A DNA stretch of 63,713 bases from Promethearchaeota archaeon (GCA_016839585.1 JAEOTZ010000073.1:1-63713), one strand, 5' to 3'; shown: positions 30,706-42,235, counted from the stretch's first letter. Numbers and translations: made by a program. The notes: generated by a model from the letters alone, not told the origin.

Positions 30706-31761
30706 ATGGGTATTAAAATTGGAGAGCTAGTTAATGAAGTTAAGCGAACGATCACATTTGAAAATCTCTTTCAAAAACGTATAGCCATCGATGCTTTTAA
30801 CACAATTTATCAATTCTTAGCAATAATTCGTCAAAGAGATGGAACACCATTAAAGGATTTTCAAGGAAACATAACTTCACATCTTTCTGGTCTTTTTTAT
30901 AGAACTATTAATTTTTTAGAGCATAATGTCAAACCAATTTATGTATTTGATGGTGAACCTTCTGTTTTAAAATTAGATACTATTAAAGAACGGCATAAAA
31001 TTAAAGAAGACGCGAAAGAAAAGATGATCGAAGCTCAAGAAGCTGAGGATTTCAGAGAAGCCAAAAAGTTTGCTCAGCGGACTTCTAAACTTGATTCTAA
31101 TATGATAGATGAAAGTAAAAAATTAATTGAAGATATGGGAATACCAATAATTCAAGCTACTTCTGAGGGAGAAGCTCAAATAGCATATTTAGTTGAAGCA
31201 GGTGATGCTTGGGCTTGTGCTTCTCAAGATTATGATACATTATTATTTGGAGGAGAAAGATTAGTTAGAAATTTTGCTATAAGTAGGAGCAGAAAGGTTA
31301 AAGATACTACTATAACACTTGATATAGAATATATATCTTTATCAAAGTTTTTAAAAAATTTTGGAATTACCCGTGAACAATTAATAGAGATGGGGATCTT
31401 AATAGGAACTGATTTTTATCCTGGTATAAAAGGAATTGGTCAAAAAATAGCTCTAGATTTAATAAAAAAATACGATTCTTTAGAGAATGTGATTAAAAAT
31501 AAGGTTGCGATAGGAGGAAAAGAGATTCAAATAGATTTCGAATTGATTAAACAAGTAAAAAATATCTTCTTAGATCCAAATATTAAAAAAGATTATCAAA
31601 TACCAAAACAAAAGGGTATAGATTATGAAAAATTAGGAGAACTACTCATTGAACAACATAATTTTTCTCATCAAAGAGTTGAAAATGCTTTAGATCGCCT
31701 TAGGAAATTAGATTCTTCTAAGGTTCAAGTTTCTTTGGATAATTTTTTTAAAAGAAATTAA
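30706..31761 (+). CDS. fen: Flap endonuclease 1
   Basis: YQFLAIIRQ.DG, EGEAQ, SQDYD, GTDF, PIP box QVSLDNFF. Confidence 0.97.
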   Translation: MGIKIGELVNEVKRTITFENLFQKRIAIDAFNTIYQFLAIIRQRDGTPLKDFQGNITSHLSGLFYRTINFLEHNVKPIYVFDGEPSVLKLDTIKERHKIKEDAKEKMIEAQEAEDFREAKKFAQRTSKLDSNMIDESKKLIEDMGIPIIQATSEGEAQIAYLVEAGDAWACASQDYDTLLFGGERLVRNFAISRSRKVKDTTITLDIEYISLSKFLKNFGITREQLIEMGILIGTDFYPGIKGIGQKIALDLIKKYDSLENVIKNKVAIGGKEIQIDFELIKQVKNIFLDPNIKKDYQIPKQKGIDYEKLGELLIEQHNFSHQRVENALDRLRKLDSSKVQVSLDNFFKRN

Positions 31762-31850
31762 AAGAGTCATGGTTCACAAAAGCAAAAATTTTTACAAAAT
31801 TAATATTTCATTTATTTAATCAAATTAAATTTTCTTAAAATCAAGATAAG

Positions 31851-34094
31851 ATGTCATCAAAAGATCCCAATAATAAGGACAAGGATAGCAAAAAAGAAAC
31901 CAATACCCCCAGTGTTACTTTAAGGGTTCAAAAAGCCAAAAAAAGAGATATTGGGCGTAATATTATAAGGATTGATCAAGAGACAATGGAAAAGCTTAAC
32001 ATACAAACCGGAGATGTTATTGCACTTATTGGTAAGAAAAAAAGTGCTGGTATTGCATGGCCCAGTTATCCCCAAGATAATGGTTTAGGAATAGTTCGTA
32101 TAGATTCAAGGTTACAACAAAATACAGGAACAAGAATCGATGATACATTAGAAATTTGTAAAGTTAATGCTGAGGTTGCTCAACTTGTTGTTTTAGCACC
32201 ATCAAATATTCCTATTAGAAACGATCCTAGATTTGAAAGTTTCGTAAAGAGAAAGTTAAATAACTATCCTGTAACGCTTGATGATTTTATTCCTATATCT
32301 ATTGGAATAAGTAGAGAAATACAATTTAAAGTAATAAATATAAGACCTAATGATGTTTGCATTATAAAACAAGAAACTATTGTTAATATAAGCGATCGAG
32401 TAACTGAAGATATAGAGAGAGGCCCTGATTATTTAACCTATGAAGATGTTGGTGGATTAGATAGAGAGATACAAAGAGTAAGAGAAATGGTTGAATTACC
32501 CTTGCGACATCCATCTTTATTCAAACGATTAGGAATAGATCCTCCTAAGGGTGTATTATTAAGGGGACCACCTGGTTGTGGAAAAACATTATTAGCCAGA
32601 GCTGTCGCTAATGAAAGTGAAGCACATTTTATATCTATCAATGGACCTGAAATCATGAGCAAATTCTATGGGGAATCTGAAAAAAAATTACGTAAACTCT
32701 TTATAGAGGCAGAAGAAAAAAGTCCTTCAATTATATTCATTGATGAGATTGATGCTATTGCCCCAAAGAGAGAAACAGTTACGGGAGAAGTAGAACGGAG
32801 AGTTGTTGCTCAACTTCTAGCATTAATGGATGGACTTCATGGTAGAGGCAAAGTCATTGTTATAGGTGCTACTAATAGACCAAATAGTTTAGATCCGGCA
32901 TTAAGAAGACCCGGCAGGTTTGATCGTGAAATTGAAATAAAAGTTCCTAATGAAAAAGGGAGAAGAGAAGTTTTTCAAATACACACTCGAAATATGCCAC
33001 TGGATAAGAAAATTTCATTAAAAGAATTTTCCCAAATTACTCATGGATTCGTTGGAGCAGATATTATGGCAGTATGTAGAGAAGCTGCGATGTCAGCATT
33101 GCGAAGATATTTACCAAAAATCGATTTAGAATCGGAAATTATCGACCCAGAACTATTAGAACAAATTGAAGTCACTAAAAGTGATTTTGATGAAGCATTA
33201 AAAGAAGTATTGCCTTCTGGAATAAGAGAAGTATTTGTAGAAATCCCTAATGTTACATGGGATCAGGTAGGTGGATTAGAAGATTTAAAACAAAAATTAA
33301 TTGAAGCAGTAGAATGGCCTTTATCACACCCAAATATATTCAATCGTATGGGCATAACTCCACCAAGAGGAATCTTGCTCTATGGACCCCCAGGATGTGG
33401 TAAAACTCTATTAGCAAGGGCTGTAGCTACTGAAAGCAAAGCTAATTTCATATCTATAAAAGGACCTGAGCTCTTATCTAAATGGGTAGGAGAAAGTGAA
33501 AAAGCTATAAGAGAAATTTTTCGTAAAGCCAAAATGGCGGCACCTTGTATCATATTTTTTGATGAATTCGACTCAATAGCACCAAGTAGGGGACGACATA
33601 CTTCTGATTCTGGAGTGAGTGAAAAAGTATTATCTCAATTTTTAACAGAATTGGATGGATTAGAAATTAAAAAAGATATAGTAGTAATAGCAGCTACGAA
33701 TCGACCTGATATATTAGACCCTGCGCTGATTAGGCCTGGTAGAATTGATAGAATATTACTTGTTCCTGTTCCTGAGAAAAAAGGAAGGTTGGAAATCTTA
33801 AAGATATTTACAAAGGAGATGCCTTTAGTAAATAATATTAAAGTAGAAGAATTAAATGATTTAATAGAAGGATTTTCTGGAGCTGATATAGAAACCTGGT
33901 GTCGTGAGGCTGCTATGATAGCTCTTAGAGAAAATATCAGAGCAAGAAAAGTTTCTATAGAACACTTTAAGGAAGCAAGAAAATTTGTTAGTCCAACATT
34001 AACAGAAGAAGTAATAGAATGGTATGAAAAGTTTGGAGAAAAGCTTAAGAGTAGAAGAATTGAAGAATCAAAAGAGGATCGATTGTTTGTATAA
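31851..34094 (+). CDS. cdc48: CDC48/p97 AAA ATPase
   Basis: N domain plus two AAA modules (GPPGCGKT twice, RRPGRFD). Confidence 0.97.
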   Translation: MSSKDPNNKDKDSKKETNTPSVTLRVQKAKKRDIGRNIIRIDQETMEKLNIQTGDVIALIGKKKSAGIAWPSYPQDNGLGIVRIDSRLQQNTGTRIDDTLEICKVNAEVAQLVVLAPSNIPIRNDPRFESFVKRKLNNYPVTLDDFIPISIGISREIQFKVINIRPNDVCIIKQETIVNISDRVTEDIERGPDYLTYEDVGGLDREIQRVREMVELPLRHPSLFKRLGIDPPKGVLLRGPPGCGKTLLARAVANESEAHFISINGPEIMSKFYGESEKKLRKLFIEAEEKSPSIIFIDEIDAIAPKRETVTGEVERRVVAQLLALMDGLHGRGKVIVIGATNRPNSLDPALRRPGRFDREIEIKVPNEKGRREVFQIHTRNMPLDKKISLKEFSQITHGFVGADIMAVCREAAMSALRRYLPKIDLESEIIDPELLEQIEVTKSDFDEALKEVLPSGIREVFVEIPNVTWDQVGGLEDLKQKLIEAVEWPLSHPNIFNRMGITPPRGILLYGPPGCGKTLLARAVATESKANFISIKGPELLSKWVGESEKAIREIFRKAKMAAPCIIFFDEFDSIAPSRGRHTSDSGVSEKVLSQFLTELDGLEIKKDIVVIAATNRPDILDPALIRPGRIDRILLVPVPEKKGRLEILKIFTKEMPLVNNIKVEELNDLIEGFSGADIETWCREAAMIALRENIRARKVSIEHFKEARKFVSPTLTEEVIEWYEKFGEKLKSRRIEESKEDRLFV

Positions 34095-34170
34095 GATTCG
34101 TAAAATTAATTTAAAAACAAAAATTAATTACTATAATTTTCTATTTTTAAATTTATAATAATGGTGAAAT

Positions 34171-34446
34171 ATTATCGAAACGCATAGATGGAATCAGAAG
34201 CCGCTAATCAATTCAATATTAGATATACTTATTAAAAATAAGGGAGAAATTTTAGATAAAAGGCTTGAGGAACTCTTGAAAAAAGAATTCCCTTATGTTA
34301 ATTCTTTAATTTTAGAAGAGTTATTCATGAAATTAGAGAGTATGAACGTAGTAAATGTTTTTCGAGTTTCAAAGAATAAAAAAATGATAGTTCTCAATAA
34401 ACATAATACATCAATTAAGAATAGTGTAATGAATGATTTATTGTAA
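34171..34446 (+). CDS. Small winged-helix-like protein, about 91 aa, missed by the ORF track; no canonical start at the 5' end
   Basis: Open frame IIETHRWNQKPLINSILDILIKNKGEILDKRLEELL...LFMKLESMNVVNVFRVSKNKKMIVL; GGTGA at 34163. Confidence 0.65.
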   Translation: MIETHRWNQKPLINSILDILIKNKGEILDKRLEELLKKEFPYVNSLILEELFMKLESMNVVNVFRVSKNKKMIVLNKHNTSIKNSVMNDLL

Positions 34447-35964
34447 TTATTTATTCTGCCACTTTAAGCAAACTTGAGCTAATGAATTATCTTCAAATTG
34501 CGGTTTATATTTTCTTTCCCTAATATCAATAAAAGCAGGGTAATTCACAGCATTTCCCATCAACAACATTTCTCCTACACCCAAACTAGAAATCATACTT
34601 GCGTATTCCTGAGTAATTGCTTCTGAACTATCCATCAGATGTTTCAAATCATATGGATTTTTAATATTTAAAACCATCTTAGAATTACATTGAGAAAGAG
34701 CAGTAGTACTCAACTTTTTTGGTCTTTGGCTTATTAAACATAAACATGCCATGAATTTTCTTCCCTCTCTAGCAATCATTTCAATGATTGGTTTGGAAAT
34801 AGCTTTAGAATGAGCTGCTTCAGGGCAAAATTGATGAGCTTCTTCTACAATTAACAAAAAAGGGGGAATCCTGTTCATTCTTCGAAGATAAAATAAGCGA
34901 CTACATATATAATCAACAATAATTTGCTTTTTTCTTATACTAATTTCTTTTTGAAGGTTAAAAATTAAAATCTCTTGTTTATGTATAATTTTATTAAGTG
35001 ATGGATTTTCTTGTGACCCAAAGAGTGTTAAATGGTCCAATTCTGATAACCAGCCTATTAATGCTTGTTTTGTGCTCTTATTTCCATCAGATTCATTCTC
35101 TATTATATCTAAGATATCAGAGAGAGTATACTTACCTTTTTTTTTATCATCTTTTTTTAACTTTTTGATATATTTAGCTAGTTCTCTTATTTGAACATTA
35201 GAAATTTGTTCTTGATACTTTTTGAAAGAATATTCATTTAAATTCGGAACGGCAATTTGAAAGTAAGAAATATCTTGAATTTTAACCTTATCTTTTAATT
35301 CAATCAAATCCTTTAAATATGAATATTCTCCATGAACATCTATCAATATAATAGCAGGAGTTCCAAAAGAACTGTCTCTTGTTATAAGCTCTTCAATAAG
35401 AATTGATGTTAAATAACTTTTACCTGCTCCTGAAATTGCGAGAATAGAAAAATGTTTATTTAAAAGTCTATCCATGCTGATTTTTGCATTGAAATTTGAA
35501 ACTTTAACTTGTCCTACATTTAATCCATGTTCAATATCAAATCCCAGGAATTTGTTAAGGAGTTCTTCTTCAACAAGATAAACTTCTATTCCTGGACTTG
35601 CTGGATAAGTCATTCTTTGAATTTTTGATATTTCTTTTTCTTTATCATCTTTAAATTTAATAATACCTAGACATTTAACAATAGCTATTGCAAACTCAAA
35701 ATCATCACTTGGAAAAAGCCCTTTTAAAATGTTAGGATTATTATTGTTATTATAAGCTTTAATTGTTAATGCATCAGAGAAATATTCATTTAATAAAACA
35801 ATTTTTTCAATAATGCCAATTAAAAATCCTTCATTAGATTTTGTATAAACAAACAATCCTTTTCTAATAAAAACTCCATCTCTTCTTTTATTTATGACAA
35901 AAGGGAATTTTGATACATCTGGTAATTGTAAATAATTAAAAACAATACCAATTTTAATTGTCAT
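34447..35964 (-). CDS. HerA/FtsK-family ATPase
   Basis: AISGAGKS, DVHGEY, EEAH, REGRK, SQRP. Confidence 0.9.
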   Translation of the reverse strand: MTIKIGIVFNYLQLPDVSKFPFVINKRRDGVFIRKGLFVYTKSNEGFLIGIIEKIVLLNEYFSDALTIKAYNNNNNPNILKGLFPSDDFEFAIAIVKCLGIIKFKDDKEKEISKIQRMTYPASPGIEVYLVEEELLNKFLGFDIEHGLNVGQVKVSNFNAKISMDRLLNKHFSILAISGAGKSYLTSILIEELITRDSSFGTPAIILIDVHGEYSYLKDLIELKDKVKIQDISYFQIAVPNLNEYSFKKYQEQISNVQIRELAKYIKKLKKDDKKKGKYTLSDILDIIENESDGNKSTKQALIGWLSELDHLTLFGSQENPSLNKIIHKQEILIFNLQKEISIRKKQIIVDYICSRLFYLRRMNRIPPFLLIVEEAHQFCPEAAHSKAISKPIIEMIAREGRKFMACLCLISQRPKKLSTTALSQCNSKMVLNIKNPYDLKHLMDSSEAITQEYASMISSLGVGEMLLMGNAVNYPAFIDIRERKYKPQFEDNSLAQVCLKWQNK

Positions 35965-36134
35965 ATTTCAATAAATTATAAAGAGATTATCTAAAAATTA
36001 CATTAAATTTAAAAAAAAGTAAAATAGTTTAAAAATAAAATAAGGGCACTAGATTTCTAATTTAAAAGATAATATAAAAAGAAAAAGGTTAAATTCATTT
36101 TATGATTGTTTTAAGGTTTCTAAATTTATTTTTC

Positions 36135-36722
36135 CTATTTTTCCAAAATACCTAATATTTTAAGGATTAAATAATATCCATTTTTCCAAAAGTATATTAC
36201 AAAAAGTGCAACACCAGTAAGTGAAAGAAAACCCAATCCTATAAATAATACGAGGGGACCAGTACTAATTAAAATATTTAGAAGAGAAAATGAATCCGTT
36301 GAGGGTTCAGTTAAAAGATCCAAAACAATCGCATATATTACTCCTACAATAATACTTAATAAGCTAATTAACAATCCACCAGCAGCAATCTTCACATCAG
36401 TTCTATTTTTATATTTTTCCTCGAGTTCCCTTTTCTTATAAATAAAATTTATTAAGGAGCGAGAAGTTTTTTTAAATAATCCAAAAAAGAAAACCAAAAG
36501 AAAAAATAGTCCTGCTAAGAGACCCCCAATTATAGCAACTTGATATCCAAAATTAATTTCTCTAAATAATTCCCATTTTTCTGTAGGACTAATAAAGGCA
36601 TCTGCAAGCGTCCAAACTACGCCTCCAATTGTAACTATACATCCAATAACAATGAAGATATAAAAAAGGGTAGCTATAATTTTCTGATTAGAAGTAGGGT
36701 CAATTGAATTATTCATTTTCAT
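36135..36722 (-). CDS. Four-TM membrane protein of unknown function
   Basis: Hydrophobic helices in two similar halves. Confidence 0.7.
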   Translation of the reverse strand: MKMNNSIDPTSNQKIIATLFYIFIVIGCIVTIGGVVWTLADAFISPTEKWELFREINFGYQVAIIGGLLAGLFFLLVFFFGLFKKTSRSLINFIYKKRELEEKYKNRTDVKIAAGGLLISLLSIIVGVIYAIVLDLLTEPSTDSFSLLNILISTGPLVLFIGLGFLSLTGVALFVIYFWKNGYYLILKILGILEK

Positions 36723-36881
36723 TTCAATCCCATATGAATTTAAATTTTAGTGAGTTTGAATCTAATTTATTTTTTATAAAGGATCTATGCATTAAAATTA
36801 TGATTAAAAAAACAATATCAATAAAGATATATAAAATTGATTATTATAACTTAGATTAAAATTCTATTAAAAATATAAAAA

Positions 36882-38420
36882 TTATTTAGAATTCTCAATT
36901 CGATTTAAATTATTAAATTCCTTATAGATATTTTTACTATTTAGATAATCATAGATTTTAACTGAGAATTTGTATATTTTATCATAAAATTCATGATTTT
37001 CGTTATTAGGTATCCACTTCTTATCGACCTTACATAAATTTTCTGCTGCTTTAGAGATATCAGGATATAATCCTGCTCCCGAAGCTGCTAATATGGCTGC
37101 GCCCAATGATGTGGATTCTTCAATTATATTTCTTGTACAGGTAATACCTAAAACATCAGCATATATCTGATTCCAGAAATCTGAACGAGAACCTCCTCCA
37201 GTTAACATTAATTCTTTAGGAATAATTCCTAATTCTTTGAAAACTTCCACATTTTTTCTTACTTCAAACGCCACACCTTCAAGAACAGCCCGATAAAGAT
37301 CTTTTCGCTCATGACCTAAAGATAACCCGAAGAGTATTCCCTTTGCAAAGGGATTCCAATGAGGAGCTCCTGCTCCCACTAAATGTGGAATCAATATTAA
37401 TCCATTTGCGCCAATTGGAGACTGTTTTGCTTCAGATATCATATTTTCATATGGATCTTGACCTTTCTCTTCTGCTACTAAGCATTCAGCTTTGCCTACT
37501 TGATCTCTGAACCATCTTAGTGTGGCTCCGGATGTGAAAATGCTAGCTTCTTGCACCCAAGATCCTGGTACTGCATGACAGCTACATATTACTCTCTTCT
37601 CTGGATCGAATTTTGGTTTGTCTAAATAAGCTAAAATAAAACTTCCTGTTCCTGTTGTACATTTGATATCACCAAGAGAAATTACTCCTACACCTAAAGC
37701 TGCAGATTGTTGATCTCCTGCACCTGTAACCACTAAAGTTTTCTTATCGAATAATGTCTCATCTGTTACAATTTCTCCAATATCTATTCCACTTTCTATT
37801 GCTTCTGGCATTTTATCTAAATCTATTTCAAGCTCGGAAGCGATTTCTTCTGAATATTGAAGGTTATTGATATCAAATAACATTGTTCTAGAAGCATTTG
37901 AAAAATCGGTATAAAACTTACCTGTTAATTTGTGTATTATGAAATCAGAAACTAGTAAAAATTTATGAGTTTTTTGATAAATATCTGGTTTCTCATCCTT
38001 GAACCATAATATCTTAGTAGCAGAAAAATATGGATCTATTGTCAATCCTGTAATCCTATAAATTTTATCTAATCCTAACTTAGATTTAATTGTTTCAACT
38101 TGATTTATAGTGCGTCGATCTTGCCAAACTAATGCATTATGAAGAGAATTTCCCTCTTTATCAACAGGTACTATAGTCTCTCGTTGATTGGTAACAGATA
38201 GACTTACAATATCTGTTTTATCAATCCCACTCTTTTTTATGGCATTATCAATAGTTTTTTTGATTGATTTCCACCACACTTTAGCGTCCTGTTCAACATA
38301 GGAAGGAGAAGGATAAAAGCTATTCCATTCTTGATAATCACTAGCGATTATTGTACCAGCTAAATCAAAAATATAGGTTCTACACCCTATTGTCCCTAAA
38401 TCCAATGCAGCGACAAACAT
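36882..38420 (-). CDS. FGGY-family carbohydrate kinase (xylulokinase/glycerol kinase-like)
   Basis: DLGT, TNQRET, WQDRR, ASRT, GDQQ. Confidence 0.92.
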   Translation of the reverse strand: MFVAALDLGTIGCRTYIFDLAGTIIASDYQEWNSFYPSPSYVEQDAKVWWKSIKKTIDNAIKKSGIDKTDIVSLSVTNQRETIVPVDKEGNSLHNALVWQDRRTINQVETIKSKLGLDKIYRITGLTIDPYFSATKILWFKDEKPDIYQKTHKFLLVSDFIIHKLTGKFYTDFSNASRTMLFDINNLQYSEEIASELEIDLDKMPEAIESGIDIGEIVTDETLFDKKTLVVTGAGDQQSAALGVGVISLGDIKCTTGTGSFILAYLDKPKFDPEKRVICSCHAVPGSWVQEASIFTSGATLRWFRDQVGKAECLVAEEKGQDPYENMISEAKQSPIGANGLILIPHLVGAGAPHWNPFAKGILFGLSLGHERKDLYRAVLEGVAFEVRKNVEVFKELGIIPKELMLTGGGSRSDFWNQIYADVLGITCTRNIIEESTSLGAAILAASGAGLYPDISKAAENLCKVDKKWIPNNENHEFYDKIYKFSVKIYDYLNSKNIYKEFNNLNRIENSK

Positions 38421-38518
38421 TTACTTCAAATCTCTTTAATTAAACTTTTTTATAAAATTAATTTATCAATATTCTTATAAGGATAATTATTAGTGCGTTC
38501 TTTTAATAAGTTTATGAT

Positions 38519-39220
38519 TTAACTTCTTTTATATCCACAGCGAGGACAGACTAATCTACCAAACCCTACTCTATAATCCTTAAATTCTTTCATTAATTCA
38601 TTGCAAATTGGACACCGTTCAATAGACAATTTTGGTTTATAAGATGGGAACCAAGCCCCTTCAATATTAGGCATATTCTTTAACATCTCTACATACTTTA
38701 ATTTATCAACATAATTCTTATCAACTTGAAAAAGTTGTTGTTCCTCTGCGATTGATTTGCCTTTTGGTGCTAGTATCACTAAAAATTTAATGTTTGAAGG
38801 ATTATTTAAAAGAGAAAGAGTTTTTAATATTGCTCCTTCTTTGTGTTCAGCGAATAATTTAGCAAGTTCGGGGGGAGCTAAAGCAACTAAAATACCTTGA
38901 GAATCCTCCCTTTCAGTTTTTTTTTCTCTTTGAAATAAAAATTGAAACATTCGATTTTGATTATCAAAAGCCCAAATAAAATTCCAATTAGAGATATCAT
39001 AATCTTCATTATTTGGCCCAACAATTCTTTTTAGGCATTTAATCCATGAATAATGATTGTTATTATATACTTTTGAGAGGATATCATCAAAAAATTCCTG
39101 CTGAATAACTGGAAAGGTTTTAAATATATTTTTCAGGGAAAATAATTTAACTTTACTTAATAAGTTTGAATTGAGTGTATCCCAAGGTGTTAAGGTAAAA
39201 ACTGTGAAATAACTGCTCAT
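38519..39220 (-). CDS. Hypothetical protein with C-terminal zinc ribbon
   Basis: 233-aa ORF; CPIC...CPRC. Confidence 0.7.
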   Translation of the reverse strand: MSSYFTVFTLTPWDTLNSNLLSKVKLFSLKNIFKTFPVIQQEFFDDILSKVYNNNHYSWIKCLKRIVGPNNEDYDISNWNFIWAFDNQNRMFQFLFQREKKTEREDSQGILVALAPPELAKLFAEHKEGAILKTLSLLNNPSNIKFLVILAPKGKSIAEEQQLFQVDKNYVDKLKYVEMLKNMPNIEGAWFPSYKPKLSIERCPICNELMKEFKDYRVGFGRLVCPRCGYKRS

Positions 39221-39345
39221 ATAATAACCATATAAAGTTCACTAATAAAAAATTGACCTTATAATTAAAAAAAAGAATTATTAAATAGCAGTCATAACAT
39301 TTAATAAATTAATATTTTAAAAGTGCTTTCTAGATTTCCTTTCTT

Positions 39346-40512
39346 ATGAATGCAATTTGGGATAGTAAATCTGATACCGTACAAAAAGGTGACAATCTGA
39401 GAGATGTTACTCCCTTAATGGATAAAACAATAATAGATGAAACTGGTTTCACCCATTATTTTTTCAGTAAAACTGTGTTTAATAATCCATGGTACAATAT
39501 CCCAGATGATGATCTAGAATTATTTAAAAAATTTATAGAAGGGGGATCAAGAGCCTATCCATCAGATGGTAATGTTCCTTGTGATATTGTTGCAAAAGAA
39601 GCAAGAATTCTTCTTAACAAAATTATTGATCTTTCTCAAGATTCTAATTCTCATCATTTTGAAGAGGCACGTAAAGCACTTAAAAATGGTAAAAATTCTC
39701 TCGTTAGAGGCACATTAAAACTTTACTTAGGTAAATATACGACTAGAGATTGGAGAAGAAAAAGATTTACTGACGATATTGATTTTTGGATTCGTCAAGT
39801 CCATATATTACACCATGTTTTAAGAAGATCTGGATGGTTAAGGAATAATATTACAAAGGAATGGGAAAAAAAAATTAAATGGAAAAATCTTTTGACGAAG
39901 GAAGAGAGAAGCGATACGCTTATAGCGGCAAATGATTTGGATCAGCTACTAGATTTTGGGGCTGGAAGTTATCTTGAGGGATCTAGTCTTAAAGAAATCT
40001 TCCAAAAAAAATTAAAGAGGGGACATGATGTTGATCTCAGTGATGTAATTAATGTTATAATGGTGAATGGAGCAGATGGTAAATATGTTGGAGATAAAAC
40101 CAGAGAACAAGAATGGAAAAATGCTTGGAAGGCTTTCGAAGAAGCTGCAAATACAAGAAATACTAGAATAACATCCAATTTGATCTCATTATGTAGGGTT
40201 TCATTAGGAATTGCTGATCATTTAGAGAGGGTTAGCAGCACCATAAAAAAATATAATGATATAATTTTTGATAAAATAGAATATCCAGATAAGAAATTAG
40301 ATAGACTCTGTAGAACTTCCATACATTGGAAGAATTATTTAAAAGATCACGGTTCTGATGCAACTAGGGAAATCCTTCATAGTTTTTATCACAAGCAAGT
40401 TGAAGAGAAGTTAAACCATGCAAAAAATCTGAGAAATTTTGTTAAAAAATTGCTGGGTTTGCTTAATTCTAAATATCAACATCTAAAGGTTATCTTCGAT
40501 ATTGAAAACTAA
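39346..40512 (+). CDS. Hypothetical protein, probable nucleotidyltransferase fold
   Basis: LVRG...RFTDDIDF and KLKRGHDVDLSD resemble the R.T.DxD and K...R..D..D motifs. Confidence 0.55.
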   Translation: MNAIWDSKSDTVQKGDNLRDVTPLMDKTIIDETGFTHYFFSKTVFNNPWYNIPDDDLELFKKFIEGGSRAYPSDGNVPCDIVAKEARILLNKIIDLSQDSNSHHFEEARKALKNGKNSLVRGTLKLYLGKYTTRDWRRKRFTDDIDFWIRQVHILHHVLRRSGWLRNNITKEWEKKIKWKNLLTKEERSDTLIAANDLDQLLDFGAGSYLEGSSLKEIFQKKLKRGHDVDLSDVINVIMVNGADGKYVGDKTREQEWKNAWKAFEEAANTRNTRITSNLISLCRVSLGIADHLERVSSTIKKYNDIIFDKIEYPDKKLDRLCRTSIHWKNYLKDHGSDATREILHSFYHKQVEEKLNHAKNLRNFVKKLLGLLNSKYQHLKVIFDIEN

Positions 40513-40670
40513 ATTTAGATTAGTTTTCAAAATTTTTGAACCTGATTTATAATATCAAAAAGTTCGTAAAAGATACGTTTCACGAATATTTTTAGATTTA
40601 TCATTTTTCTAATAGAACTATTAAAACTTGATTCATAAATAATAAGTAATAGTGAAAATAGTGATGATAG

Positions 40671-41915
40671 ATGTATGATTATTTATTGAGTGAAGAAAAT
40701 AAAAAATTTAGAGAAGAAATCCGTAAGTTTGTTAAAAATGCTGTCCCTCCGTCATTAATAAAAAAAATGGATAGAGATGAGATCAGATATCCTAGTGAAT
40801 GGCTTAATGCTTTAGCTAAACAAAATTTAATAGGAATAAGGTTTCCTAAAGAATATGGTGGGCGTGGATTGAATTGGGAAAGCGAAATCATAGCTCAAGA
40901 AGAAATAGGAGTTTTAGGGAGTTCACTCGCATGTTTATTTTCCTTACCCAGTATATGCGGAGAAGCGTTGAATTTTTTTGGTACAGAGGAGCAGAAACAG
41001 AAATACCTTAAACCTATGTGTGAAGGGAAAAAATTTACTGCTGAAGCGCTAACTGAACCAAGGGGAGGTTCTGACTTTTTTGGAGCAACATGTACAGCTA
41101 AAAAAGAGAGTGATTATTATATTTTAAAAGGAGAAAAAAGGTTTGTTGTTGGGGCTGAGGGTGCTGATTTCTTTTTAGTTTATGCAAAAACAAATCTGGA
41201 TCCAAATGCAGACCCTCGTACTGCTTTAAGTTTATTCATTGTAGATAGGACTGAAGATATTACTACCGAGTATCTCTATGGATTGTTAGGAACACGTGGA
41301 GGTGGTGCTGGGCGTATAAAATTTAAGGATGTAGAGGTCCCTCATGAAAACATTATTTTAGGTGAGGGTATGGGTGGTAAAATTTTTTACCAAATGATGG
41401 TTCCTGAACGTTTAACTACAGCTTCTGGATTCATAGGACTTGCAAGAGCATGTCTACAAATAGCAACAAAATATAGTACAAAAAGAAAAGCATTTGGTCA
41501 AACAATTAAGAATTTTGAGGGTGTTAGTTTTATGATCGCAGATAGTATTACACTTTTAGATGCTACTAGAGCAATTGTCTATAACACTGCAAAAAGTATT
41601 GATCTAGGAGCTCCACCTGCCTTACAAAGAAGATTAGTCTCTGAATCAAAAAAGTTTTCAACAAAAGCAGGGTGGAAGGTTATAAATAATGCAATGCAAG
41701 TAATGGGCGGTATTGGGTATACAACTGTGTACCCTATTGAAAGATTAATGCGAGATGCTCGAATCGGTGAACTCTGGACTGGAACCTCAGAGATAATGAA
41801 TTTAATAATTCAACACGAGTACTATAAAGAAATTCTTAGTGAAAAATGGTTTGGACGTGATGTAGAACAAGATGCAATAGATAGTGAGGCGGAAGAAGAA
41901 AAACATTATGGTTAA
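40671..41915 (+). CDS. Acyl-CoA dehydrogenase
   Basis: ALTEP.GGSD, R.AFG, MGGIGY, GTSEI. Confidence 0.95.
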   Translation: MYDYLLSEENKKFREEIRKFVKNAVPPSLIKKMDRDEIRYPSEWLNALAKQNLIGIRFPKEYGGRGLNWESEIIAQEEIGVLGSSLACLFSLPSICGEALNFFGTEEQKQKYLKPMCEGKKFTAEALTEPRGGSDFFGATCTAKKESDYYILKGEKRFVVGAEGADFFLVYAKTNLDPNADPRTALSLFIVDRTEDITTEYLYGLLGTRGGGAGRIKFKDVEVPHENIILGEGMGGKIFYQMMVPERLTTASGFIGLARACLQIATKYSTKRKAFGQTIKNFEGVSFMIADSITLLDATRAIVYNTAKSIDLGAPPALQRRLVSESKKFSTKAGWKVINNAMQVMGGIGYTTVYPIERLMRDARIGELWTGTSEIMNLIIQHEYYKEILSEKWFGRDVEQDAIDSEAEEEKHYG

Positions 41916-41974
41916 TAATTCTCTTTAATTTTATTTTTTTCTGGGTATTTTATTTTTTTCCCACATTAAACAAC

Positions 41975-42235
41975 TTATTCCAATGCCTTCACTTTTGAAT
42001 AATCAATAGTAATTGTACGCTTCGTCTCTATAATTTTTCCGATTATCAACACTTTTTTGTCTAGAAATTTATGCAATTCAGGATCTTTTTGCCATAAGTG
42101 AGTTTTTTTCCTAACAAGAATCTCCGACCATCTGTTTTTGTAATCGTCCAACGGTTTAATGAAATATTCAGGTCCTTCCGATCGTGTCCCCTTTCCTTTT
42201 ATAATTGCGAAAAGAATTCCTCTAATTTCATTCAT
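41975..42235 (-). CDS. Small hypothetical beta-rich protein (OB-like)
   Basis: 86-aa ORF, GTRSEGPEY motif. Confidence 0.6.
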   Translation of the reverse strand: MNEIRGILFAIIKGKGTRSEGPEYFIKPLDDYKNRWSEILVRKKTHLWQKDPELHKFLDKKVLIIGKIIETKRTITIDYSKVKALE

